Of a stretch of DNA of 64,000 nucleotides, positions 1-10,657 are shown in pieces. Source of the stretch: Acetobacteraceae bacterium. GTDB lineage: Bacteria; Pseudomonadota; Alphaproteobacteria; Acetobacterales; Acetobacteraceae. How positions within the stretch are numbered: the first letter of the stretch is position 1; every line of letters starts with the position of its first letter. Where the stretch lies: contig JASHOA010000022.1 of assembly GCA_030041375.1 (NCBI GenBank), positions 106,894 through 170,893 of the forward strand, read 5' to 3'. The notes beneath the pieces are model-generated. The model worked only from the letters and a program-made list of their open reading frames with translations. It had not been told where the DNA came from and ran no database searches. The position numbers and the translations under genes were made by a program.

Positions 1-2
1 CG

Positions 3-554
3 ATGGCGCTGCGCCGCGATGCACTGGCCGCGGCCGCGGAAATGATCCTTGCCGTCGAACGGGTCGGGCGTTCGACGGAGCACCTCGTTGCCACTGTCGG
101 CAGGATCGAAGCGATCCCGGGAGCGGTCAACGTGGTGCCGGGCGGGGCGCGTTTCACTCTCGATGTCAGAGGTCCGAGTGAGGCAGTGCGCGATGCTGGC
201 GTGGCGCACATCGAACGGGAGTTGAAATCGATCGCCGGGAGGCGCGATGTTTCCGTACAGCTTTCGCATTCCTACGAGGAGCCCGCCGCCATCTGCGCGC
301 CGTGGCTCGTGGACCAGCTTGCTGCCGCAGTGGAGCGAAACGGCATCGCGCCCAGGAGACTGCCGAGCGGTGCCGGGCACGACGGACTTGCGATGATCTC
401 GCTCTGCCCGATCGGCATGCTGTTCGTGCGTTGCGCGGGGGGCATCAGTCACAACCCAGCAGAGGCGATCACGAGCGAAGACGCCGAGATCGCGATTCGC
501 GTGCTGATCGATTTTCTGCGCCATTTCGCCTCGCCCGGCGGCAGCGCTGACTGA
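3..554 (+). CDS. M20-family Zn amidase of the allantoate amidohydrolase / N-carbamoyl-L-amino-acid hydrolase type, C-terminal 183 aa (5' end outside window)
   Basis: ORF is open at the window edge. The C-terminal block HDGLAMISLCPIGMLFVRCAGGISHNPAE is the conserved end of hydantoinase/carbamoylase-type amidases. Confidence 0.7.
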   Translation: MALRRDALAAAAEMILAVERVGRSTEHLVATVGRIEAIPGAVNVVPGGARFTLDVRGPSEAVRDAGVAHIERELKSIAGRRDVSVQLSHSYEEPAAICAPWLVDQLAAAVERNGIAPRRLPSGAGHDGLAMISLCPIGMLFVRCAGGISHNPAEAITSEDAEIAIRVLIDFLRHFASPGGSAD

Positions 555-578
555 TTATCGCGGCGAGGAGGCACGAGC

Positions 579-1814
579 ATGAGCGACAGCGCCGGCCGGG
601 CGATCACCAGGTTCCTGGACGGTCAGCAAGAAGCGCAAACGCGGTTCCTGGCCGAACTTGTCAAATGCCCATCCGATAACCCGCCCGGCGATTGCACCGC
701 CCATGCTGGGCGCGCTGCCAAGCTGCTCGAAGAACTCGGGTTCAAGGTGGAGTGCCACCCCGTCCCTGATGAGGCGGTGAAGGCAAACGGCATGGTCAGC
801 GCCACCAACCTCGTCATCCGCAAGCGATTTGGCGACGGCCCGGTGATCGCACTCAACGCCCACGGCGACGTCGTTCCGCCGGGCAGCGGATGGACCCGTG
901 ATCCTTACGGCGCGGAGATCATTGACGGTTGGATGTACGGGCGCGGTGTTGCGGTCTCGAAATCCGACTTCGCGACCTATACCTGGAGCCTGCTGGCGCT
1001 CCAGCAGGCCGGAGTGCCGCTGGGGGGCACGGTCGAGCTGCATTTCACCTACGACGAGGAGGCGGGCGGCAATATCGGCCCGGGTTTCCTGATGCGCGAA
1101 GGGATCAGCAAGCCCGACCTCGTTATCGGTGCGGGTTTCTCCTACGCGGTCGTCACGGCGCACAATGGCTGCCTGCACCTCGAAGTGCAGGTGGACGGGA
1201 AATCGGCGCACGCCGCGATGCCGTATACCGGCATCGATGCCCTCGAAGCCGCCAATCACCTGCTCTCCTCCCTCTATGCCTGGAGGAAGACGCTCACGGG
1301 CCGGCTTTCCGATGTGCAGGGCATCGGCAACCCGCAACTGACCGTTGGGCTCATCAAGGGCGGCATCAACACCAATGTCGTTCCAGACCGGGTCAGCTTC
1401 CGGCTTGATCGTCGTATGATCCCCGAAGAGAGAACACCCGAAGTCGAGGCCGAGCTGCGGGCGGTGATCGACGGCGCAGCCGCTGCCTTCCCGAATGCCA
1501 GAGTCACGGTGCGCCGCATTCTTCTCGTCGAACCGCTGGCGCCGCTCGCCAAGGGCCGGCGGTTGAGCGAATTGCTCGCGCAACATGCAACGCGCATCAT
1601 GGGCGAATCGGTGGGAACCAAGGGCGTGCCGCTCTATACCGACGCGCCGCACTATTCCGCCCGCGGCATCCCGGTCGTACTTTACGGCGCCGGTCCGCAT
1701 ACGATCGAGGAGGCCAATGCGCACCGCGCGGATGAGCGTCTTCCATTGGCGGATCTCCATCGGGCCACAAAGGGCGTGGCGCTGACATTGCTCGATCTTT
1801 TGCGCGGAGCCTGA
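579..1814 (+). CDS. M20 family metallopeptidase, ArgE/DapE-like deacylase
   Basis: 411 aa. ATG 579 is preceded by GAGGAGG. LNAHGDVVPPG and GRGVAVSKSD blocks and an HxxxMP region are typical of ArgE/DapE/CPG2 enzymes. Confidence 0.75.
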   Translation: MSDSAGRAITRFLDGQQEAQTRFLAELVKCPSDNPPGDCTAHAGRAAKLLEELGFKVECHPVPDEAVKANGMVSATNLVIRKRFGDGPVIALNAHGDVVPPGSGWTRDPYGAEIIDGWMYGRGVAVSKSDFATYTWSLLALQQAGVPLGGTVELHFTYDEEAGGNIGPGFLMREGISKPDLVIGAGFSYAVVTAHNGCLHLEVQVDGKSAHAAMPYTGIDALEAANHLLSSLYAWRKTLTGRLSDVQGIGNPQLTVGLIKGGINTNVVPDRVSFRLDRRMIPEERTPEVEAELRAVIDGAAAAFPNARVTVRRILLVEPLAPLAKGRRLSELLAQHATRIMGESVGTKGVPLYTDAPHYSARGIPVVLYGAGPHTIEEANAHRADERLPLADLHRATKGVALTLLDLLRGA

Positions 1815-2294
1815 GGTGGCTCTGCGGAACAGCATCTTGTGGGCCTGTTGGCCCGACGCGCTGGCGCTCTGCGATGACAGGAGGGCGGGTCTGAATTGCC
1901 GGGGCGGGACATCGGGGCCGCGGGCAGAGAGTGTGGCCGCGAAGCGGGGGGCCGGTCGATCGGGGCACGAGCGCGAGGGGGGCGGGAGCGCCGTACCCTG
2001 TGCCGAGCGGGCTTCGCCGCCGCGTGACACGGGCGGCAAAAAATCTTGAACGGTTAACCTTTGCCCGCAATCAGTGCATTGGGTGCGCATCGGTAGCCGA
2101 TCGTCGCAACCGAGCCGGACATGAAGACTCGTTAAAATGGTTATGGTTGCATGGTCCCCTTGTGTGTTCTTGCTTTGTTCCTAGCAACCTTGCCTTGTTT
2201 GGGATTTCTCACGAATTCTTTCGCAACTGCGCGTTATGCTCGCAGTCCCGGCCGGTGCGCCGGCATTCGTCAAATCATCAAGGAGCCCCCCCTC

Positions 2295-3281
2295 ATGACC
2301 TCTTTGCCCCGGAATGTCGAAGTCCTCGAGCCCCGGGATTCCGCGCTCGTTTCGAAGGCCTCGGAGCTGCTCGGCCCGAGATCCCGTGCCGGCAACCTGT
2401 TCCCCACCGAGGTGACCCGCCAGACATACGAGAATCTCGAAGTGCGGCTTGACGCAGATGCCGCAACTTTCTGGTGCTACATGAATCCGACCGGCAGGCC
2501 GAGCTTCACCCCACCAATGCTCAGGGACATCACACGCATGCAGCATTCGGTGAAGCGGATGTTCGACGCGGCCGGCGGCGACAGCGAGCCTCCGTTCCGC
2601 TATTTCGTTTTTGCCTCGCGCACGCCTGGGATTTACAGCCTGGGAGGAGATCTCGGGTTCTTCATCGAGCATATTCGCCAGGGCGATCGGGCAGCGATGA
2701 CCCGCTATGCGCATTACGCGATCGAGGCGGTGTATCGCAATTCCGCCCAGTTCCACGTCCCGGTCGTGACGATTGGGCTGGTGCAGGGTGACGCGCTCGG
2801 TGGCGGGTTCGAGTGCGCGATGTCGCTCAACCTGATGGTTGCGGAAAAGAGCGCGAAGATGGGCCTGCCCGAGATCCTGTTCAACCTGTTCCCGGGCATG
2901 GGTGCGTACAGCTTCCTGACGCGTCGGCTCGACGTGCAGCGGGCGGAGAAGCTGATCACGAGCGGGTGCATCTATTCGGCCGCAGAACTGCACGAGATGG
3001 GAATTGTCGACGTGCTGGCCGAGGACGGATGTGGCGAGTCCGCCGTTCGCGAGTACATCGCGACCAACCGGTGCAAGTGGAATGCGCATTATGCGATGTT
3101 CCAGGCGCGCCAGCGGGTGCGGCCGATTACGCTCGAAGAATTGCGCGACGTGGTTGACATCTGGGTGGATGCCGCGCTGCACCTGCCGGAGTCCGATCTC
3201 AGGAAGATGGAGAGGCTGGTGGCCTCGCAGGACCGGCGGATGGCGGCGCTCAGGCGCGTGCCGGAGAGTGCCGTTGCGTGA
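2295..3281 (+). CDS. rpfF: RpfF-like DSF-family signal synthase (crotonase superfamily)
   Basis: 328 aa from ATG 2295, with AGGAG 9 nt upstream. The track start at 2151 adds an implausible leader. Blocks I recognise from Xanthomonas RpfF: GGDLGFF..IRQGDRAAM, LVQGDALGGGFECAMS, MGLPEILFNLFPGMGAYSFL, IWVDAALHL..DLRKMERLVASQDRR. Both catalytic Glu positions (GGGFE, LPE) are present. Confidence 0.8.
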   Translation: MTSLPRNVEVLEPRDSALVSKASELLGPRSRAGNLFPTEVTRQTYENLEVRLDADAATFWCYMNPTGRPSFTPPMLRDITRMQHSVKRMFDAAGGDSEPPFRYFVFASRTPGIYSLGGDLGFFIEHIRQGDRAAMTRYAHYAIEAVYRNSAQFHVPVVTIGLVQGDALGGGFECAMSLNLMVAEKSAKMGLPEILFNLFPGMGAYSFLTRRLDVQRAEKLITSGCIYSAAELHEMGIVDVLAEDGCGESAVREYIATNRCKWNAHYAMFQARQRVRPITLEELRDVVDIWVDAALHLPESDLRKMERLVASQDRRMAALRRVPESAVA

Positions 3282-3647
3282 TCAGAATGAAGTCGCGGGG
3301 CAAGCGGGTACCGGTGACATGGATGGGTGACAGAGGCACCTTGGCCGGCCGCTTCGCGGACACGCCCGATCCCTGGTCCTTCTTTCACGGAGGGAGGGGA
3401 GGCGTTGCTTCGCGCCTCCGGTGCGTATCCGCGCGGAGAGGGCTGAGATGAGAGTGGGTCACACATCCAGGAAGGTTGCGACCGGGGAGCGGACAAAAAC
3501 TGCCCGCCTGCCCGTCGCGGTTCCTGCATCGAGGTGCCACGGCGCCCATGAAGAGTGGCGCCGGCGGGGGCGACCCTGGAAGGTCGGCGCGATCCGGAGC
3601 GAGCGCGAGTGGCAGTCCTCGCCGGGATCGGGCGCGCAGAGGACGGC

Positions 3648-5873
3648 TCAGCGTGGCTCCTCGGCGAGGATGGCGGGCTCGGCTACTGAACGCGCTTCGT
3701 GGGGCTGCCCGGGCTGGAACGCGTCCTGGTGCGCCAGGACGGAAAGCGGGTCAGCCGCGAGAAGAGGGGCGATTTCCGCCGCCGGCAGTGGCCGGGCGAG
3801 ATAGAATCCCTGCAGTTCGTCACAGTCCTCGGCCGCGAGCTGGCAGAACTGCTCGGCGGTTTCTACGCCTTCGGCAAGGGCGCGGGCGCCGAGACTGTGG
3901 GCGAGATTGATGATGGCGCGAACGATGGCGGCATCCGCCCGGCTGGTCATCAGGGGGCCGACGAAGCTCTGATCGATTTTCAAGCGATGTACGGGGAACA
4001 TCTTCAGGTAAGTCAGTGAGGAATAGCCGGTGCCGAAATCGTCAATTGCGAAGCGGACCCCGAGCTCGTAGAGCTCGTTGAGATCGCGGGCCATGGTCTC
4101 GATATTCGCCATCACGACCCGTTCCGTGAGTTCGAGCTCCAGATTGCCGGGATCGAGGCCGCTTTCATCGAGGGCGGAGAGGATGAGATCCCTGACATTC
4201 TGCTTACGGAATTGCTCGGATGAGAGATTGACGGCGATCCTCATCCGTGACCGCTCGGTGCCGAACCAGGCCCGGGCCTGGCGACAGGATTCGCGGAGCA
4301 CCCACTCGTTGATGGGAACGATCAACCCGGATTCCTCGGCGAGGGCGAGGAACTCGGCGGGCAACACGACGCCGTGGCCGGGACGGTTCCAGCGCAGCAG
4401 CGATTCGATGCCGACGATGCGCCGCGAACCGAGTTCGAACTGCGGCTGGTAATAGAGTTCGAACTCCTGTCTCTGCAGGGCGAGGTTCAATTCGGATTCG
4501 AGTGCAATCAGGCCTTTCGCGCGGCGGCGCATCTCGTCCACGAAGCAGCAATAATCGTCCCGGCCGGAGGACTTGGCGCGATACATCGCGAGGTCCGCGT
4601 TGCGCAGCAGGTCATCCGCCGTGGTGGCGTCGCGCGGGCAGAGCGTGATGCCGACCGATGCGGTTGCCTTGAGCTCGTGGCGCTCGAAGAAGAAGGGCTG
4701 ACGCATTGCCTCGATCACCCGCCGGGCCAGTGCGATCGCGTCCTCCTCGCCGGCGATATCCGGTTGCACGATCGCGAACTCGTCTCCGCCGAGGCGGGCG
4801 ACGATATCGCTGCCTCTGACCGAGGCACTGAGGCGGGTTGCGACGACCTTGAGGAATTGGTCACCGACATGGTGGCCGAAAGCGTCGTTCACCGACTTGA
4901 AGCGATCAAGGTCGATGAAGTGCAGCGCCAGCATCCCGCCGGTGGCCTCGATTCTTTTCAGCTCGATATCGAGACGTTCCGCGAGGAGGGTGCGGTTGGG
5001 GAGGTTGATCAGGGTGTCATAGTGCGCGAGGTGGTGCAGGCGCTCTTCGGCGCGCTTGCGGTCGGTGATGTCGAGCGAGGTCGTGAGTACCCCGCTCACG
5101 CTGCCATCGGCATTGCGGAGCGGAGACTTCGAAGTGACGAAATAGCGGCGCCTGCCGTCGTGGCTGGTGATCTCGTCCTCGAATTCCGGTATCGCTTCGC
5201 CGGTGGCGGCGACCGTCGCGTCGAGTTCGCGGCTTTTCGCGGCATAGGCGTCGCCGAACAAGGAGGAGAGATCTCGCCCGGCAAGGGAAGCCGGATCGGA
5301 GCCGGCGAAGCGGGCGAGGCAGACATTGGTAAAGATCAGCCGGCCTTCGATGTCGGAGGCGCTGATCATGGCCGGCACGGTGTCGATGACCTGGATCAAT
5401 CGTTCGTGATTGTCTCGCAGCATCTGCACCTTGGCCTGCTCGCTCGACTGCAGACGGCGCTCGAGCGCGCGTGCCCAGCGGCGCAGCACCACCTGCTGGC
5501 GGCGCATCTTCAGCAGGTTCTTGGCCCGGGTCAGGAATTCGACATGGTCGACCGGACTGAGCAGAAAGTCGGTCGCACCGGACCGCAGGGCAACGATCCG
5601 GAAGTCGTAATCGTCGTGCACGGTGATGATGATGACCGGGACCTCGCCGCCGTCGGGCAGGAGGCGCAGCGCACGGGTCATTTCCGCGCCATCCATGAGC
5701 GGCATCTTGAAATCGGCGATCACGAGGTCGGGCATGGTTTTTTCCGCCTCGGCGAGCGCGCTGGCGGGATCGGCGAAAGAGACGACCTTGCAGTTGGCGC
5801 CAATCGACTGGGCAAGGCGCGAGTAGATGCGCCGGTTCGTGGAAAGGTCGTCGACGATGAAGATCAGCGGCAT
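3648..5873 (-). CDS. Response-regulator receiver - PAS - GGDEF - EAL c-di-GMP turnover protein
   Basis: 741 aa. N-terminal REC (IFIVDD..DLVIADFKMPLMDG). PAS region. GGDEF domain with intact GGDEF and an RxxD I-site (RGSDIVARLGGDEF). EAL domain with ESLLRW, ELTE, DDFGTGYSSL, KIDQSF, EGVE and QGFY. Confidence 0.9.
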   Translation of the reverse strand: MPLIFIVDDLSTNRRIYSRLAQSIGANCKVVSFADPASALAEAEKTMPDLVIADFKMPLMDGAEMTRALRLLPDGGEVPVIIITVHDDYDFRIVALRSGATDFLLSPVDHVEFLTRAKNLLKMRRQQVVLRRWARALERRLQSSEQAKVQMLRDNHERLIQVIDTVPAMISASDIEGRLIFTNVCLARFAGSDPASLAGRDLSSLFGDAYAAKSRELDATVAATGEAIPEFEDEITSHDGRRRYFVTSKSPLRNADGSVSGVLTTSLDITDRKRAEERLHHLAHYDTLINLPNRTLLAERLDIELKRIEATGGMLALHFIDLDRFKSVNDAFGHHVGDQFLKVVATRLSASVRGSDIVARLGGDEFAIVQPDIAGEEDAIALARRVIEAMRQPFFFERHELKATASVGITLCPRDATTADDLLRNADLAMYRAKSSGRDDYCCFVDEMRRRAKGLIALESELNLALQRQEFELYYQPQFELGSRRIVGIESLLRWNRPGHGVVLPAEFLALAEESGLIVPINEWVLRESCRQARAWFGTERSRMRIAVNLSSEQFRKQNVRDLILSALDESGLDPGNLELELTERVVMANIETMARDLNELYELGVRFAIDDFGTGYSSLTYLKMFPVHRLKIDQSFVGPLMTSRADAAIVRAIINLAHSLGARALAEGVETAEQFCQLAAEDCDELQGFYLARPLPAAEIAPLLAADPLSVLAHQDAFQPGQPHEARSVAEPAILAEEPR

Positions 5874-6029
5874 GGGCCTCTCACCCGGTCATGCGGCGGC
5901 CCGCGGCCTCCGCCGCGGGACGACCTAACCAACTCCGTGATAGCTTTACGCGGGGTAAATTTCTATCATTCGTTGTCCCTGGGCGTGCCCGGCTGGTAGG
6001 AACCTCGGGCAAGCGGCCGGACAGCGGGA

Positions 6030-7259
6030 TCAGAGGGCGCCGCCGCGGCGGCCGGCCATGGCGCCGAGGCGCAACCTGAGGGCGTTCAGCCTGATGAAGC
6101 CCTGGGCATCTGCTTGGTTATAGGCGCCGGCATCTTCCTCGAATGTAACAACGCGAAGGGAATAGAGGCTGTTCGGGCTTTCGCGGCCGATCACCCCGAC
6201 GTTGCCCTTGTAGAGCTTGAGCCGGACCCGCCCGGTCACGGATTTCTGACTTTCATCGATCAGCGCCTGGAGCATCCGCCGCTCCGGGCTGAACCAGAAG
6301 CCGTTGTAGATGAGCTCGGCGTAGCGAGGCATCAGGCTGTCCTTGAGATGCGCGGCCTCGCGATCGAGCGTGATCGATTCGATGCCACGATGCGCGGCGT
6401 AGAGGATCGTCCCGCCAGGCGTTTCATAGATGCCGCGCGACTTCATGCCGACGAAACGATTCTCGACCAGATCGAGCCGGCCGATGCCATTGGCGCGGCC
6501 GAGCTCATTGAGACGGATCAGGAGACGGGCGGGCGAGAGCCGCTCGCCGTCGATGGCGACGGGATCGCCGCGCTCGAAGTCGACGCTGATCACGGTTGCA
6601 CGATCCGGCGCGTCCTCCGGGCGGATGGTGCGCTGGTAGACGATCTCGTCCGCCTCGACCGCCGGATCTTCGAGGATTTTGCCCTCCGAGGAGGAATGAA
6701 GAAGATTGGCATCGACCGAGAACGGCGCTTCGCCGCGTTTGTCGCGAGTGATGGGAATCTGGTTGGCTTCGGCGAATTTGAGCAGGCGCGAGCGGGATGT
6801 GAGATCCCATTCCCGCCATGGTGCGATCACCTTTACGTCCGGCTTGAGCGCATAATAGGAAAGCTCGAAGCGAACCTGATCGTTGCCCTTGCCGGTGGCG
6901 CCGTGAGCGACCGCATCCGCGCCGACCTCTTCGGCGATCTCGATCTGGCGCTGGGCGATGAGCGGGCGTGCGATCGAGGTGCCGAGCAGATACTGGCCCT
7001 CGTAGAGGGCATTGGCGCGGAACATGGGGAAGACGAAGTCAGCCACGAATTTTTCTCGCAGATCTTCCATGAAGACCTGCCGGACGCCCAATAGCTCGGC
7101 CTTGCGGCGCGCGGGAGCGAGTTCCTCGCCCTGGCCGAGATCGGCGGTGAAGCTGACGACCTCACAGCGGTAGGTGTTCTGCAGCCAACGCAGGATCACG
7201 CTGGTGTCGAGCCCGCCGGAGTAGGCGAGCACCACTTTTTTGACATCCTTCACGCGCAT
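6030..7259 (-). CDS. argG: Argininosuccinate synthase
   Basis: 409 aa from ATG 7259 ([21 protein letters not shown]). The track ORF is extended 100 codons upstream without support. Confidence 0.95.
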   Translation of the reverse strand: MRVKDVKKVVLAYSGGLDTSVILRWLQNTYRCEVVSFTADLGQGEELAPARRKAELLGVRQVFMEDLREKFVADFVFPMFRANALYEGQYLLGTSIARPLIAQRQIEIAEEVGADAVAHGATGKGNDQVRFELSYYALKPDVKVIAPWREWDLTSRSRLLKFAEANQIPITRDKRGEAPFSVDANLLHSSSEGKILEDPAVEADEIVYQRTIRPEDAPDRATVISVDFERGDPVAIDGERLSPARLLIRLNELGRANGIGRLDLVENRFVGMKSRGIYETPGGTILYAAHRGIESITLDREAAHLKDSLMPRYAELIYNGFWFSPERRMLQALIDESQKSVTGRVRLKLYKGNVGVIGRESPNSLYSLRVVTFEEDAGAYNQADAQGFIRLNALRLRLGAMAGRRGGAL

Positions 7260-7422
7260 GTCGAAGCCCTCATCGAGACGAAAGCGAAGTAACAAGCCGC
7301 CCTGAGGGCGGCAAGCATCCGCGGGTCTGGGCGAAAAACCGAGCCATGCGATGGCGGCGGTTGCGAAGCGGGGCGAAATCGGCTTTCTCCGCCCAACCCA
7401 TGCCGGAGGAACGAAATCCCGG

Positions 7423-10083
7423 ATGACACTTGGCTTGCTGCTTGCAGAGCTGGTCGATCGCGTGCGCCGGCATGCCGCCATCGTTGTGGCGATCGGCGTA
7501 CTGGCGGGCGCGGTGGGCGGCCTCTTTGCGGTCACGCATATCGGGATCATCACCAACACCGATGAGATGTTCCCGAAGAGCCTTCCCTGGCGGCAGCGGC
7601 AGATCGCTTTAGAGCATGCTTTCCCGCAATTTCAGGGACTTCTTGTCGTCGTCATCCGCTCGTCTGTGCCGGAGGCGCAGGAGGCGACGGCACAGGCGCT
7701 GGTCGCGCGGCTGGAAGCGGATCAGGCCCACTTCGTCAGTGCGAGCGATCCGGCCGGACTCCCCTTTTTCGGCACCGAAGGGCTGCTGTTCCTCTCCGAG
7801 GCCAAGCTCCGGCCGCTCCTGGATCGGCTGATCAGTGCCCAGCCGTTGCTCGGCCAGCTCGTCAGCGACCCGACGGGGCGGGGAATTTTCGCCGCGCTGT
7901 CGCTGATGGCGATCGGCCTGAAGCACGGCGGGATCGATCTCGCGCCCTATAATTCCGCTTTCATCGCCATTCACCGCACGATCGCGGCGGCGCTTGCGGG
8001 CCATGCCGAGCCGCTTTCGTGGCTTTCGCTACTTTCCGGGCCGGTGGCGGAGGAAGCAGGCGGCAGCCGGATCGTGCTGGTGCGGCCGAAGCTCGATTTT
8101 TCGGCGCTGGAGCCCGGGGCGGCGGCGACGCGGGCACTGCGCCTTGCCATCAGCGGGCTGCCGCTGGTGCGTGAGGGCCTGGTGACATATGGCATCACCG
8201 GCCAGGTCGCGCTCTCGGACCAGCAATTCGCGAGCGTTGCGGAAGGTGCCGTTGCCGGGGCGATCGGCACCCTGGTGCTGGTGACGCTCTGGCTGTTCCT
8301 GGCGCTTCGTTCCTGGCGAATCGTGGTTCCGGTGGTGCTGGCGCTGCTGCTGGGGCTCGCCCTCACCACGTGCTTCGCGGCGCTTGCCGTTGGCCAGCTC
8401 AACCTCGTCTCGGTTGCCTTTGCCATTCTTTTCGTCGGGCTGGCGGTTGATTTCGCGATCCAGTTTGCGGTCCGGTTTCGCGAGCATCGACACGGGAGCG
8501 ACGCGGCGACAGCGCTTGCCGAGACGGCGGCAACGGCGGGCGGACAGATCCTGCTGGCGGCACTCGGCACAGCGGCCGGCTTCCTGGCTTTCGTGCCGAC
8601 CCAGTTCCAGGGGGTGGCGGAACTGGGTCTGATCGCCGGGGTCGGGATGCTGATCGCCTTCGTCTGCACCATCACGTTTCTGCCGGCGGCAATCAGCCTG
8701 TTCCGCCCGCCTGGCGAGCCGGCCGAGGTCGGCTTTGCCGTATTGGGGAAGGTTGAGCGGGCGTTCAAACCACGCGCCACGGCGGCGCTCGGGGTATTCG
8801 CCGCGCTGGCGGTGCTCGGGTTCGCCGTGCTGCCGCAAATTGCCTTCGATGGCGACCCGCTGGATACGATGAACCCGCGATCGGAGGCGGTGATCGAACT
8901 GCGCCGGCTGATGCAGAATCCAGTGACCAATCCGTACAGCGCCGAGGTGCTGGCGCCGAACGTGGCGGCGGCGGGACAGATTGCCGCCGCCCTCGGCCGT
9001 CAGCCGGGTGTGGACACTGTGCTCTCGGTGCAGAGCTTCGTGCCGAAGAATCAGAGGCCGAAGCTGGCGATGATCGCGGATACGACCGACATCCTGGCCC
9101 CTACCCTTTCGGCCAGCGGGAGGACGGCGCCGGTGACGGCGGCCGAATTGCGGCTGGCGGTGAAGACGGCGCTCGGCTCGTTTGCGGAAGCGGCGCCGCA
9201 GGTTGCGGCGGACCCGCCCTTCGCGGCGCTGGCGAGCGATCTCAAGGCATTGGAAGCTGCGCCCGACGCGACTCTCATAGCGGCGAGTGAATCGCTGACC
9301 GAATTTCTTCCCGCGCAGCTTGCGCGGCTCAAGGCAGCGCTCTCGGCAGAGCCGGTGACGCTGGCCAGGCTCCCTCACGCGCTGACGCGTGACTGGGTGC
9401 TGCCGGACGGACGAGCGCGGGTGCAGGCGGTTGCCGAGCCAGGCGAGCGGAGCAGCCAGGGACTCGCGCGGTTCGTGGCTGCCGTGCAGAAGGTTGCCCC
9501 GGATGCGGCGGGCCCGGCGATGAATATCGTCGGCAGCGCACAGGTCATCGTCGGCGCTTTCCGCACGGCGGCGATCGGGGCTTTGATTGCGATCGCGCTC
9601 ATCCTGGGCCTTGCGTTGCGACGACCGAGGGACGTGGCACTGGTGATGGCGCCGCTCCTGCTTTCCGGCCTGCTGACCGCGCTCGTGATCGTGAGGCTGC
9701 CGCTGCCGCTCAATTTCGCGAATATCATCGCGCTGCCACTGCTGCTTGGCGTCGGCGTTTCGTTCAATGTGTATTTCGTGATGAACTGGCGCGCCGGCGT
9801 GCGCCGTTTCCTCGGCACGGCAACTGCACGAGCGATCCTTTTTTCGGCGCTGACGACCGGAACGGCGTTCGGCTCGCTTGCCCTTTCGGAAGACCGGGGC
9901 ACGGCGAGCATGGGCGAACTGCTGCTGTTCAGTCTCGGCGCGACCCTGATCGCGACGTTTGTTTTCGTGCCGGCGCTGCTCTTCACGCTGACGCCGGAGG
10001 AAGAAAGAGTACCCGCTTGCGACGAGGCGGTCCTGGTCGGCGCGGAAGATGAACGGGCCGACGATGCCAGGCGGCGAAGGTGA
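7423..10083 (+). CDS. hpnN: Hopanoid-associated RND/MMPL transporter HpnN
   Basis: 886 aa from ATG 7423. Two 6-TM bundles with large periplasmic loops give MMPL architecture. It lies inside the hpn gene neighbourhood. Confidence 0.8.
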   Translation: MTLGLLLAELVDRVRRHAAIVVAIGVLAGAVGGLFAVTHIGIITNTDEMFPKSLPWRQRQIALEHAFPQFQGLLVVVIRSSVPEAQEATAQALVARLEADQAHFVSASDPAGLPFFGTEGLLFLSEAKLRPLLDRLISAQPLLGQLVSDPTGRGIFAALSLMAIGLKHGGIDLAPYNSAFIAIHRTIAAALAGHAEPLSWLSLLSGPVAEEAGGSRIVLVRPKLDFSALEPGAAATRALRLAISGLPLVREGLVTYGITGQVALSDQQFASVAEGAVAGAIGTLVLVTLWLFLALRSWRIVVPVVLALLLGLALTTCFAALAVGQLNLVSVAFAILFVGLAVDFAIQFAVRFREHRHGSDAATALAETAATAGGQILLAALGTAAGFLAFVPTQFQGVAELGLIAGVGMLIAFVCTITFLPAAISLFRPPGEPAEVGFAVLGKVERAFKPRATAALGVFAALAVLGFAVLPQIAFDGDPLDTMNPRSEAVIELRRLMQNPVTNPYSAEVLAPNVAAAGQIAAALGRQPGVDTVLSVQSFVPKNQRPKLAMIADTTDILAPTLSASGRTAPVTAAELRLAVKTALGSFAEAAPQVAADPPFAALASDLKALEAAPDATLIAASESLTEFLPAQLARLKAALSAEPVTLARLPHALTRDWVLPDGRARVQAVAEPGERSSQGLARFVAAVQKVAPDAAGPAMNIVGSAQVIVGAFRTAAIGALIAIALILGLALRRPRDVALVMAPLLLSGLLTALVIVRLPLPLNFANIIALPLLLGVGVSFNVYFVMNWRAGVRRFLGTATARAILFSALTTGTAFGSLALSEDRGTASMGELLLFSLGATLIATFVFVPALLFTLTPEEERVPACDEAVLVGAEDERADDARRRR

Positions 10084-10105
10084 CATGACGGCCTGGTGGC
10101 CTGCT

Positions 10106-10156
10106 GATCCCAGCCCAGTGCGACCCTCACGAACTTCGGAATCGGGACATTCGTCG
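10106..10156. repeat. Partial copy (palindromic core) of the ~108-nt R1 intergenic repeat
   Basis: GATCCCAGCC...CGAACTTCGGAATCGGGACATTCG matches the core of the copies at 52065-52172 and 61993-62100. It starts 23 nt after the hpnN stop. Confidence 0.6.
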
Positions 10157-10252
10157 AGGTTCGTATTACCTCGGGCGTCATTGAGAAGCGGCGGAATTTT
10201 CCCCAGCCTTGCCGGACCTGGGTTGACCAGGTCACAAGCCAAGGAGATTTCG

Positions 10253-10618
10253 ATGAGCGACGGAACGCATATCGCGAACCTCTACATCGCTGCCTGGAAC
10301 GAGACGGATCCGAAGCGGCGGATGCGCCTCATGGCAGAGAGCCTGACCGAGACGGCCACCTATATCGATCCGCTGATGCAAGGCCAGGGATATGCGGAAA
10401 TCGGGGCGATGATCGGCGCGGTGCAGGAACGTTTTCCCGGTTTCCGGTTTTCCCTGTACGGTCCTGTCGATGGCTACGGCGACCGGATCCGCTTCTCGTG
10501 GGCGCTGGGGCCGGAGGGTCAGGCGGACCTGATCAAGGGGACGGATTTCGCCGTGCTGGAAGAGGGCCGGTTGAAGGCCGTGACGGGCTTTCTCGACAAG
10601 GTTCCGGCTGCCGCCTGA
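10253..10618 (+). CDS. SnoaL-like / NTF2-fold protein
   Basis: 121 aa. ATG 10253 has AAGGAG 7 nt upstream. YIAAWNE..D and the C-terminal beta-sheet pattern are typical of the NTF2/SnoaL family. Confidence 0.7.
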   Translation: MSDGTHIANLYIAAWNETDPKRRMRLMAESLTETATYIDPLMQGQGYAEIGAMIGAVQERFPGFRFSLYGPVDGYGDRIRFSWALGPEGQADLIKGTDFAVLEEGRLKAVTGFLDKVPAAA

Positions 10619-10657
10619 GTCCGGTGACGCCGACCGTCCGCGGTGAGAGGTAATTCA

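Noticed and set aside
555-2090. 511-aa minus-strand ORF covering the M20 peptidase gene
   Set aside because: It is antisense to a well-supported CDS. The sequence is Arg/Ala/Pro-rich and low in complexity, with no recognisable domain. This is the typical shadow ORF of high-GC DNA.
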